64,000 bases of DNA, from the IMG/VR virus record IMGVR_UViG_3300030376_004895, positions 1 through 64,000 of that record; one strand, written 5' to 3'. This stretch comes from a virus. Lineage: Duplodnaviria > Caudoviricetes. Position 1 is the stretch's first letter. Every line of letters starts with the position of its first letter. Shown piece by piece: positions 17,232-25,632 of this stretch. The notes under the pieces were generated by a model that saw only the letters and a list, made by a program, of their open reading frames with translations, had not been told where the DNA came from and searched no databases. Position numbers and translations under genes: made by a program.

Positions 17232-17640
17232 TCGTGATGTTGTCATCCTCGCTTCACTCATCCGAGGCGGCATCAAATGCGTCAGAACAACGGAGAGGAA
17301 ATGCGGCTATCAAATAAGGCCCGAGCTGTGGTTCACAATAATCAAGCCTGGGATTCAAAGAGCACTTGAATCACATGGTCTAACCGTCCGCCTGACATAC
17401 TCCGACACCGAGGAGATAACCAGGATCCTCAACATAATCAACGGCCTGGATGACCTGTCATCCACAAGCCAGGGACTCCAAGCGGTTAGGGATCTCAACG
17501 GCATCATTGAACAACCACGCACACATGAGGATGTAGTCAAAGTCCTTGAGATGCTGAACAAATATGAGAGTGTTCATAACCCTCACCACGCACGGAGAGA
17601 ACCCAACAAAGGAGATGATGATGAATGGCAGATGGATTGA
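17206..17640 (+). CDS. Degenerate single LAGLIDADG-like protein
   Basis: ILASLIRGGIKC..GYQIRPELWF in an I-CreI-like pattern; GAGGA SD. Confidence 0.45.
   Translation: MSGILNQDDRDVVILASLIRGGIKCVRTTERKCGYQIRPELWFTIIKPGIQRALESHGLTVRLTYSDTEEITRILNIINGLDDLSSTSQGLQAVRDLNGIIEQPRTHEDVVKVLEMLNKYESVHNPHHARREPNKGDDDEWQMD
17566..17578 (+). promoter_or_regulatory. Recurrent promoter-like motif GAGAGTGTTCATA
   Basis: Inside the 3' end of 17206..17640, upstream of the SSB gene (ATG 17625). Confidence 0.65.
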
Positions 17641-18959
17641 AGAGAGTTGAAGATATAATGGGATGGACACCACAGGAAACAATAGAGAAGTTTCACGAGT
17701 GGTGGAAGGAAGAACGACCAGAGGAGTTTGAAGAGTTTGAAGGTGACTTGTCAAAGATTAGTGATGACGAGCATTCTGAATACTTGGTTGATGGATTCGA
17801 GGTCACATACAGGCGAAGGAATGCAGGATCAGGTTCTGGAACCAAGTATGTCGGTGTGATAATCGGCAACAATGGTCGGACTGACCTAATGGGCCGACAG
17901 AGGGAGAAGGCTATTGAACAGTTGAAGTATCAAGGGATTGACTACGTTCTAAAGAATGGCATTCAGCCATACTCTGACGACAGAGTAGTCCCTATCGGCA
18001 GAGGTGCATACCACGAGGGTGCATGGCGCGTTTGGGATGCTCAGGATAGCGAGGTTCACTTCGATGCAGATACGCCGGAAACTGATATTCCACCCTGGGC
18101 GATTTCCGTTCCTGGTGAGAAATACTGCATTGCACTTCTCGGTGGCCCAAGAGGCCCGAAGCCCGCTTACTCATACAAGCAAGAGTGGTTGTGCATCGTA
18201 GCCTCTGAGGCAGATTTCAAGGCAAAGGGTTTCGGAAGCCCAATCATACTAGAATGCTCGTTTGATGCCGCACACGTTGATCTCAGGCTTAACGAGCCTA
18301 TCTCTTTCCAGGCAGAGGAGGACGTATCTTGGTTCGACAAGACTACGCCTATCCTAAAGGCAAACAACATCAGTCCGGCCTATGGTCTTGGATGGTTGCC
18401 CGAGGATATGAGAGAAGCGGCAGGGGAGATCTTCGACCCTGCACAGATACTCGTCCAATTCGGAAACTTCGTTCCAGACTTGGGAGATGTTCATGACTAT
18501 CATGATGACAACAAGACTCAGCTCAATTCAGGACGTTTCGTTGGGCCGACATTCACCATCAGAGGGACGGTGGACTACATGGATCACGCAGGTCGAGAAG
18601 ACAAGATTTACGGGCTTTCCGCCGAAGGTGGGGGGCAACACCGTATGTCCGTTTTCAGCCAGGCTATACGCCGTGAGGATGCTTCTGCCGCTATCTATCT
18701 GTCAGTCTCAAGGAGGCTCATTGAGGACTTCCATGCCTTCCAGGTTAAGAGGGATGGAGAGTGGCTCGATTACACCGCCGGAACCCAAGTCTTCGCCGTG
18801 ATCAAGACGCGAACATGGGAGAACAACACCACAGGAGAGCAGATGCTCGATGCCGATGTTCTGAACATCTATGCTATACCAAACAGGAGTCGGATTGCCG
18901 CCACCGTTCCTGACGACACGAACGACCTGGGTTCGCTTGGCGGATTCAGGAGTGACTAA
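17625..18959 (+). CDS. Putative OB-fold ssDNA-binding protein (RPA-like)
   Basis: Acidic, aromatic-rich, repeated beta patterns (FTIRGTVDYMD, VFAVIKTRTW); precedes ATPase and nuclease. Confidence 0.55.
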   Translation: MADGLKRVEDIMGWTPQETIEKFHEWWKEERPEEFEEFEGDLSKISDDEHSEYLVDGFEVTYRRRNAGSGSGTKYVGVIIGNNGRTDLMGRQREKAIEQLKYQGIDYVLKNGIQPYSDDRVVPIGRGAYHEGAWRVWDAQDSEVHFDADTPETDIPPWAISVPGEKYCIALLGGPRGPKPAYSYKQEWLCIVASEADFKAKGFGSPIILECSFDAAHVDLRLNEPISFQAEEDVSWFDKTTPILKANNISPAYGLGWLPEDMREAAGEIFDPAQILVQFGNFVPDLGDVHDYHDDNKTQLNSGRFVGPTFTIRGTVDYMDHAGREDKIYGLSAEGGGQHRMSVFSQAIRREDASAAIYLSVSRRLIEDFHAFQVKRDGEWLDYTAGTQVFAVIKTRTWENNTTGEQMLDADVLNIYAIPNRSRIAATVPDDTNDLGSLGGFRSD

Positions 18960-18961
18960 TT

Positions 18962-20221
18962 GTGTCAGATGATTCAGGATTTGGATGGTTCACCAAGAAG
19001 GACACCACAACCGGAGAGTCAGATGGGGCAGCTCCCAAGCCAACCCCTGCTCCGGTCAAGAAGAACGTGTGGAACGAGAAGATCGAAGAACCGGATTTTG
19101 ATACAGAGGGAATGTCACTCGAAGAGATAGACAACCGAATGTTCGGTGAAGAAGAGAAGGCAGAAGAAGCCGAACCTGCTTCATCACTCCCCTGGGCAAA
19201 GACTACTGTTGAGGAACCTGTGAATCATACAGTCCCTAAGACTCCCCTCAAGCAAATCGTTGAAGCAACGAGAAGCAACAACCCACTATGGGCAGAATTG
19301 GATGCAGAGAGAGAAGGTCATGACTTCCTAGATAACTTGGATAATTATGTTCTGTGTGGACTCGCTGGCCCACCAGGCTCGGGGAAGAGTGGATTAATCC
19401 TTGACTCTCTGTCTGATGAGGAATTGGCAGAAGGGGCAGAGGTTTGGCACATTGACTACGACAGGGGCGGAAAGACTTCCAAACACGCACATCATAGAGG
19501 AAAGAAGAACATAATCATCTTCGACCCGATTGTGATGAATACCGATGTTGAGATTCAAGATCAGATTGACTACTTAGCCACATATGAGAGGACAATGAAA
19601 CTCCTCAAGATGGCTAATGAGCAAGTGGATGCCCAACTAGCCCATTACAAGAAGCATGGGAAGATGCCAAAGCCATATCTCAAGACACTACTATTCGATG
19701 GTGCAGACAAATTCAAGGATGTTTGTGAGAACGTCATGAAGATCTATGACTTGGGACTTGGGAATGATGCCGTTGGCGTAGCCACTAAGAGAGTATCAAG
19801 ATTCAGTTGGGGCGTTCGCAAGACTCGCTATCGAGCTGCTACCTTAGTGTGGCAATCATTGATGGCAAAGGGAGTCCATGTGTATGCGGTTTCTCACATG
19901 AAGTCCACTTATGACGGCGATGGGAATGTCATTGAGGGCAAAGATGTTCCTGGGTGGTTGAAGAACAGCGATGGTGATCTGCAACAGATAGTAATCCTCT
20001 ATATCGACCAAGAGAGGGATGACATGGGGAGGCTCACCGGAGCCGAGAAGTCCTTTGCCGTTCTGACTAAGAATAGAACATCCCTTGAGATGCCTGGACG
20101 ACACACCATCTTTGAGAGAGCACCCGAGGAAAGGGGCGGTTCCACATGGTATGGATGGCCTAGCCTAAAGGATGGGTTATTCGAGACAGACCAGTCACAG
20201 AAGGGTGCGAGCGATGAGTGA
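18962..20221 (+). CDS. P-loop ATPase (Sak4/RecA-like recombinase candidate)
   Basis: GPPGSGKS, HIDYD, LLFDG, VSHMK; disordered acidic N-terminus. Confidence 0.75.
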   Translation: MSDDSGFGWFTKKDTTTGESDGAAPKPTPAPVKKNVWNEKIEEPDFDTEGMSLEEIDNRMFGEEEKAEEAEPASSLPWAKTTVEEPVNHTVPKTPLKQIVEATRSNNPLWAELDAEREGHDFLDNLDNYVLCGLAGPPGSGKSGLILDSLSDEELAEGAEVWHIDYDRGGKTSKHAHHRGKKNIIIFDPIVMNTDVEIQDQIDYLATYERTMKLLKMANEQVDAQLAHYKKHGKMPKPYLKTLLFDGADKFKDVCENVMKIYDLGLGNDAVGVATKRVSRFSWGVRKTRYRAATLVWQSLMAKGVHVYAVSHMKSTYDGDGNVIEGKDVPGWLKNSDGDLQQIVILYIDQERDDMGRLTGAEKSFAVLTKNRTSLEMPGRHTIFERAPEERGGSTWYGWPSLKDGLFETDQSQKGASDE

Positions 20222-21252
20222 TTGTCGTGCCCTTAGAAGTGAGATTCCCTCGTAATGCCTACCCCATCCCCGTAGAGGGTTATGAGGACTTCGTGTCCTC
20301 CTATGGGTGGCATCCAGGACAACCGGAGAAGCACCTCCCTAAGTTCACTAAGTCATCCGTAGGTGCGTATGACTTCTGTGCTCAACAGGGCTTCATCAAG
20401 TATGTCCTCGGTGTGAAGGAACCCGAGAATGACAACATGATTCGAGGAACCAATGTCCACGATGCCATTGAGCAATTCTATCATGACGTGGATTTAGACT
20501 CCGTAAGAGGACTTGTCGAAATTTATTTTGATGCCGAGTCATTGTATGACTACTTCTTGGAATTGATTCCTAATCTGGATCAGTATGAGTTAGGAGAAGA
20601 AGAACACATCAAAAAATATCTATGGATTGAGGCAGAGCGAGCATTGGAATGCAACTTGGATTACTTTCTGCCTGTTGGCAACGAGCTGACTCTTCATGGA
20701 GTGGTTGAGTATGAAGACCAATTGATTCACATCACGGGGATGATTGATCGACTATTCATCAATGAGAATGGAGAGTATCATATCCATGAGCTGAAGACGG
20801 GGGTTTTCAAAGAGCATAAGAAGAAGAAGTGGGAACACATGAGGAGGGAATTGGCATACTATGTATTCCTCATGAAGAATTGCGACAATAGATTGTATGA
20901 TCGACAGGGGAATGTAGTTGGCAAGGCAAACTTCAACGATGCAGAGATTGCATATTGGGGTTGGGATCACACAGGAGGGGATGGAGTGTTCAGAGGCAAA
21001 GAGCCAATCAGAGTCAAAGAGATGGGACTAATGTATAATTCCATCAGCGATCTCCTCCTATATCATAGGAATTATAGAGGAGACATGGACGGTCTCCAAT
21101 TCCCCATGCTCCCTCGTGACTCACTCAATTACATCTGTGAACCCTGGTGCGCCCTCAAGGGATTCTGTCCTCGATATGAGAAGTCATTGATGCCTCCTGC
21201 GTCCAGAGTGTTCAAAAGGACAAGCCCCTCTGAGGAGGTTGAGAGTGGATGA
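20218..21252 (+). CDS. Cas4/RecB-like PD-(D/E)xK exonuclease with Fe-S cysteines
   Basis: DFC..RGTNVH, GMIDRL, ELKTG, CEPWCALKGFC. Confidence 0.85.
   Translation: MIVVPLEVRFPRNAYPIPVEGYEDFVSSYGWHPGQPEKHLPKFTKSSVGAYDFCAQQGFIKYVLGVKEPENDNMIRGTNVHDAIEQFYHDVDLDSVRGLVEIYFDAESLYDYFLELIPNLDQYELGEEEHIKKYLWIEAERALECNLDYFLPVGNELTLHGVVEYEDQLIHITGMIDRLFINENGEYHIHELKTGVFKEHKKKKWEHMRRELAYYVFLMKNCDNRLYDRQGNVVGKANFNDAEIAYWGWDHTGGDGVFRGKEPIRVKEMGLMYNSISDLLLYHRNYRGDMDGLQFPMLPRDSLNYICEPWCALKGFCPRYEKSLMPPASRVFKRTSPSEEVESG
21205..21217 (+). promoter_or_regulatory. Promoter motif variant AGAGTGTTCAAAA
   Basis: About 32 nt before methyltransferase ATG 21249. Confidence 0.45.
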
Positions 21253-23021
21253 GATATGTCAGCCTGTTTAGCGGTATCGAAGCGGCATCAGAAGCCTGGC
21301 ATTCAATGGGCTGGGATCCCGTTGCTTTCGCAGACATTGATAAGTTTCCCTCAACCGTATTGGCACATCACTTTCCCGATGTGCCGAACATGGGAAATGT
21401 AGAGGAGGTTGATTGGAGTGAGTTCAGAGGAAAAGCAGATCTCGTTGTCGGAGGAAGCCCCTGTCAATCCTTCTCGGTTGCAGGAAAACGACTCGGAATG
21501 GATGACCCTCGTGGCAACTTGGCCCTTGAGTTCCTCCGAGCTGTTAAGGAAATTCAACCAACGTGGTTCCTATTTGAAAATGTCCCAGGTCTCTTGTCAT
21601 CTGACGGAGGAAGGGATTTTGGCATCTTCCTCGGAGAAGTGGCAAAAATCGGGTATGGGTTCGCCTACCGAGTTTTGGACTCTCAATACTTCGGAGTCCC
21701 GCAGCGAAGACGTAGAGTCTTCGTTGTCGGACATATTGGAGGAGATTGGAGAAGTGCCGCAGCGGTATTATTTGAGCGAGAAAGCTTGCAAGGGCATTCT
21801 AAGGAGAGCGCGGCGCAGGGGAAAGCAATTACCGACTACATTGGAACAAGCACTTCTGGAGAAGGCGGGGAAGACGGAGGAGGAATAGATGCCTCTCCCG
21901 ATGAAGTAGGAATATTCAGAAAATCACGCAGAGCGCAATCCAAGACCGATTGTGAAACATGGGTCAAAGATACTGTGACTAATACACTCAACACATTCGA
22001 CCTGGGTGATACGCGGACTACTCAGATAATCAGAGAACCTATCGCCTTCGAGCAGAATCAACGATCAGAGGTCAGGGAAACAGAAGTAGCAGGGCCGGTC
22101 AAAGCAGAGAAGGGTTCCAACAACCAGACATTCATCGCACAGAATTGGGATGGCGAGGACAAGACTGGAACCCTAACAACCAGAAGTATGCAACAGTTCA
22201 TGCCTGACAAGGACAATTTCATGGCAGTTGTTGAGCCATTGCATGATCCGGCTCCCACGTTAGATGCAAGCTACTACAAGGGAACAGGAGAGAGAGCAGG
22301 AATAGAAAGGCAGATCATAGCCGAAAGCAAGGTATTCGATGCAAGAGGAGGAGGAGATGGTGAAACGGCCAACACCCTGGCGAGTGGGCGTAATGCGGCC
22401 GGAGTTAGTGATTTCACTCCTCTCGCAGTTGAAGGTCGAGAAGTCCAAGTCTATGAGAATCATCCTTCGGATGGACGAGTCACCGAAGTGGACACTAGCC
22501 CCACCATAACTGCCAAAGCAGGGACAGGAGGAGGCAATCTCCCATTGGTAAAGGAGGAAACAATTGGTTTCGATTGGAAGAATGCAGCTCAGACTAATTT
22601 CGATGAGAAACACTCAGGTGCGCCTGTGACCGCAGAAGGCGGGTTGGCAGTTGGCATTACTGCAAAGGGCAATGGGGATGTCTTTGAAAATGAGATTCAC
22701 ACCTCATTGAGCACAGGGGGAGGTATGCCTGGGCAGGGTTATCCGGCAGTAAGGCAAAGCATGGCCGTGCGCCGACTAACGCCTTTGGAGTGCGAGAGGT
22801 TGCAAGGATTCACCGATGGCTACACACAGATTGCTTGGCGCAATAAAGCACCCGAGAATTGTCCCGATGGGCCTCGCTACAAGGCATTGGGCAATTCAAT
22901 GGCGGTTCCGGTCATGAGGTGGATTGGAGAAGGTATTCAAATCGTTGATGATTTAGTGGGAAATATGACTGAAAGAGAAGATGCGGTATCAATTGTTCAG
23001 AAGTCAATCTTTGATTTCTGA
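21249..23021 (+). CDS. dcm: C5-cytosine DNA methyltransferase with very long variable region
   Basis: LFSGIE, GSPCQSFS, ENVPG, QRRRRVF, RRLTPLECERLQGF, YKALGNS. Confidence 0.95.
   Translation: MRYVSLFSGIEAASEAWHSMGWDPVAFADIDKFPSTVLAHHFPDVPNMGNVEEVDWSEFRGKADLVVGGSPCQSFSVAGKRLGMDDPRGNLALEFLRAVKEIQPTWFLFENVPGLLSSDGGRDFGIFLGEVAKIGYGFAYRVLDSQYFGVPQRRRRVFVVGHIGGDWRSAAAVLFERESLQGHSKESAAQGKAITDYIGTSTSGEGGEDGGGIDASPDEVGIFRKSRRAQSKTDCETWVKDTVTNTLNTFDLGDTRTTQIIREPIAFEQNQRSEVRETEVAGPVKAEKGSNNQTFIAQNWDGEDKTGTLTTRSMQQFMPDKDNFMAVVEPLHDPAPTLDASYYKGTGERAGIERQIIAESKVFDARGGGDGETANTLASGRNAAGVSDFTPLAVEGREVQVYENHPSDGRVTEVDTSPTITAKAGTGGGNLPLVKEETIGFDWKNAAQTNFDEKHSGAPVTAEGGLAVGITAKGNGDVFENEIHTSLSTGGGMPGQGYPAVRQSMAVRRLTPLECERLQGFTDGYTQIAWRNKAPENCPDGPRYKALGNSMAVPVMRWIGEGIQIVDDLVGNMTEREDAVSIVQKSIFDF
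21418..21888 (+). CDS. Nested alternative-frame ORF, candidate methyltransferase beta polypeptide
   Basis: +1 frame inside dcm; GAGGAGG at 21402-08 before GTG 21418; SLSDILE..RYYLSEKACKGILRRA. Confidence 0.65.
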   Translation: MSSEEKQISLSEEAPVNPSRLQENDSEWMTLVATWPLSSSELLRKFNQRGSYLKMSQVSCHLTEEGILASSSEKWQKSGMGSPTEFWTLNTSESRSEDVESSLSDILEEIGEVPQRYYLSEKACKGILRRARRRGKQLPTTLEQALLEKAGKTEEE

Positions 23022-23029
23022 GGGATAGC

Positions 23030-24136
23030 ATGGCTCATTTGTTCAATCACTTCCCCCGTGAGATTGACATGAAGGCCAGGAAGGTCATCAGAAGTATCGA
23101 GCAACTCCAACACTACGTCAATGTCACTAACGGGAAGGACAAACTCACAACAACAGTATATGGATTCAAGAAATTGAAGACGAATGGCAATAGGTGCGAA
23201 TACAGCACCGCAATCATCCCTCATTTTGTAGTTGATCTTGACAAAGGCAGAGCAGATGAGATTCTCAAACTAACAGGGGATGCCGCAGGTCAGAGATGCA
23301 CCGAGGATGCCCACAAGCTAGTCAAGCACCTATCTGAGAATGATATTCGTCATGCAACCTGGATGAGTGGTGGTGGCTACCATATTTGGGTGATGTTGGA
23401 TCAAGTGTATGATTTGCCGACAAATGAGATGAATGACTTGTTGTTCTCTGGTCGAGCATTGATCAACAAGTGGATTGGCGACATGGATTTAGTCACTATT
23501 GACCCCGTTGTGAGTTTCCGTCCTGATCGCCACATTGGAATCCCGAATACTTTCAATACGAAACGAGAGCTATGGAGCATCCCTGTCACGGAAGAAGATT
23601 TGGCTAAGGGATGGGGTCATGTGACAGAGGAGGCTAAGAACCCGAAGGGCGGTATGAAACCAAGTGGCAACAAGGGACTCAAGATTGAGATTGTCAAGAG
23701 TGATCCTGGCAATCCATACCTGTCAGGTATGACAGGATATTTCGGGAAGTTCGAGGCGGCGGAAATTTCGGTATCTTCGAGAAGACTATCTGGTATTCCC
23801 ATCTTACCCTGCCTTGATGCGGCTTGTTGCACCAAAGGTGATAACCCTCCGCATCTTCCTCGCTCCTACCTCTCCATGTATCTCTTAGATTACTTCCATA
23901 ATTTTGCCCGTCCGCGTTCCTCAAGCAAGACTACGCCCCAGGATGCAGTATCAAAAGCCCATATTTTCATTCGTGATTTGGAATGGGCAGACTACAACCC
24001 GAAGATCACCCAGGAACAATTAGTTCATGCATCTAACAGGCAATATCAGACTCCTAGTTGCCCGACCATATTCAGACAAGGACTGTGCGTTGGCAAGTGT
24101 GCATTCTATGATCAGAAAGGTGTTGAATCACAATGA
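23030..24136 (+). CDS. Fused archaeo-eukaryotic primase (PriS catalytic plus PriL Fe-S domain)
   Basis: VVDLD, SGGGYH, DRHIGIP; C-terminal LPCL..CC..TPSC..LCVGKC. Confidence 0.85.
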   Translation: MAHLFNHFPREIDMKARKVIRSIEQLQHYVNVTNGKDKLTTTVYGFKKLKTNGNRCEYSTAIIPHFVVDLDKGRADEILKLTGDAAGQRCTEDAHKLVKHLSENDIRHATWMSGGGYHIWVMLDQVYDLPTNEMNDLLFSGRALINKWIGDMDLVTIDPVVSFRPDRHIGIPNTFNTKRELWSIPVTEEDLAKGWGHVTEEAKNPKGGMKPSGNKGLKIEIVKSDPGNPYLSGMTGYFGKFEAAEISVSSRRLSGIPILPCLDAACCTKGDNPPHLPRSYLSMYLLDYFHNFARPRSSSKTTPQDAVSKAHIFIRDLEWADYNPKITQEQLVHASNRQYQTPSCPTIFRQGLCVGKCAFYDQKGVESQ

Positions 24137-24141
24137 GTGAA

Positions 24142-24154
24142 AAGAGTGTTCATA
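24142..24154 (+). promoter_or_regulatory. Recurrent promoter-like motif AAGAGTGTTCATA
   Basis: Intergenic; ends 26 nt before ATG 24180. Confidence 0.7.
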
Positions 24155-24179
24155 ATGGAAACGGAAGTAGTGAGAAGGA

Positions 24180-24308
24180 ATGAGTGACGAGTTAGAACAT
24201 TGGAGCCAAGCACACTTTGGAGAGTTGGCTCTCTATCGAACGATAGCCGCTACTGTGAATACTATACTCTCAGTCTTGGTGTTAGCAAAACTATTCGAGT
24301 GGATATGA
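24180..24308 (+). CDS. 42-aa membrane microprotein
   Basis: TIAATVNTILSVLVLAKLFEWI; overlap with next gene; not in ORF track. Confidence 0.6.
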   Translation: MSDELEHWSQAHFGELALYRTIAATVNTILSVLVLAKLFEWI

Positions 24309-24577
24309 TGAGTGAAGATATTAGAGAAATAAGGAAGAAGAAACTTGCTGAGGCTCTTAGCAAATTAGATGGAGATGATGAGAAGGAACGACAAGAAGTT
24401 ATGGAGACACTACCCTGGGCCTTTCGTCTTAACAAGGAAACAGGGTTCTATGAAATCTTACAAGAGGGAAACATGGTCGCCATTACTCAGGATCCACAGT
24501 TTGGCCTTCAGGTATGTGAGATGTTCAACCGTTTGACGCTCATCAAGGAAACTTTTGGAGAGGATGAACATGAGTAG
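24305..24577 (+). CDS. Hypothetical protein
   Basis: Start moved to ATG 24305 (ATGA overlap). Confidence 0.65.
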   Translation: MMSEDIREIRKKKLAEALSKLDGDDEKERQEVMETLPWAFRLNKETGFYEILQEGNMVAITQDPQFGLQVCEMFNRLTLIKETFGEDEHE

Positions 24578-24845
24578 CAAGGGAAAACTAGCTGAGATTG
24601 TCGGGATGCTCGACATAAATGATGATGGGCAGGTCGATGTTTGGGATATGACTCACTTAGTAGTTCGTCATGAGTTCATGTTCATAGCGGGCGTATTCAT
24701 TTTCATCGGGAGCATAGGTAATGTGATTGGGTGGTGGAACATTGACTCCGATGCTTATTGGGCGGCGGCAGGACTAGCGACCATGCTCGAATACGTTGAT
24801 GACACTAGAAGAATAAGGAAGGCGAAAAAGGATGACAAGAAATGA
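24570..24845 (+). CDS. EF-hand-loop plus two-helix membrane protein
   Basis: DINDDGQVDVWD then two hydrophobic segments and a basic tail. Confidence 0.65.
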   Translation: MSSKGKLAEIVGMLDINDDGQVDVWDMTHLVVRHEFMFIAGVFIFIGSIGNVIGWWNIDSDAYWAAAGLATMLEYVDDTRRIRKAKKDDKK

Positions 24846-24933
24846 ATGCACTTGTGGTAATAAATCGGCATGGCATCATCGCTATGGGATCTGCCTCCAA
24901 TGTAAGAGGGCAATACCTGGGTGGTCTCGATGA
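24832..24933 (+). CDS. 33-aa zinc-finger microprotein
   Basis: ECTCG...ICLQC; overlap-coupled. Confidence 0.55.
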   Translation: MTRNECTCGNKSAWHHRYGICLQCKRAIPGWSR

Positions 24934-25631
24934 AGACTCTATTCATAGACCATCGAGAGCGTTCGGGCTTAGAGAAATTAGTCATCAAGTATTGTGATAC
25001 AAAGGGACTTCATTATGAGATGAAGGAGAACATGATCACAGACTATGCCTTTGGCAATGTTGGGTTCGAGGCTAAGACGATTCACGATTACATGGGTAGC
25101 CTGTATAGTGGGCATCTGGATAAGCAATTGCAGAATCTTGATGATAACTACAATCAATATTTCTTGTTGGTGCATGGGACAATCGACAATTATATCTCAC
25201 GAGCTAGAAAGGGAGGGCGAAAGATACCCTTCGCTAAGATATTCAACGAGTTCCTGGGTTCGCTTGCTAGATTCCATACTGACTATGATCTCAACCTTCT
25301 CTGTTTCGCTACTACCTCGGAAGCAGCTAGGTTCATCTGCAAGAGGTTCGAGAAGGATGGGACTCTAGGCAAGTCATCCAAGTATCGTGTGATGAGGAAG
25401 ACGGCATCAGAAGACAGGCGCGTGGATGTCCTGCGAAGTGTCGGTTGCAGCGAGTCAATTGCAAAGGCGTTGCTCGATGAGTTTGGCTCTATCAGCGAAA
25501 TCACCTCACTTTCTCCGACAGAATTAGAAACCATGCCTGGTATTGGAAAAATTACCGCATCAAAAATCCTCAACTGCTTTGTCAGCGAGGAACCAATAGT
25601 GGATGAAAAGGTCAAGATGAAGAGGGCATAA
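24930..25631 (+). CDS. ERCC4 (XPF/Hef-type) nuclease with C-terminal (HhH)2
   Basis: IDHRE, TDY..EAKTIHD, MPGIGKITA. Confidence 0.85.
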   Translation: MKTLFIDHRERSGLEKLVIKYCDTKGLHYEMKENMITDYAFGNVGFEAKTIHDYMGSLYSGHLDKQLQNLDDNYNQYFLLVHGTIDNYISRARKGGRKIPFAKIFNEFLGSLARFHTDYDLNLLCFATTSEAARFICKRFEKDGTLGKSSKYRVMRKTASEDRRVDVLRSVGCSESIAKALLDEFGSISEITSLSPTELETMPGIGKITASKILNCFVSEEPIVDEKVKMKRA

Positions 25632-25632
25632 C

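Noticed and set aside
20218-21252. Cas4 as a sign of CRISPR-Cas
   Set aside because: No cas1/cas2 or repeat-spacer array; solo Cas4-like nucleases are common in viruses
21740-22765. Intein in the methyltransferase insertion
   Set aside because: No C/S start with HN-C/S/T end and no LAGLIDADG blocks
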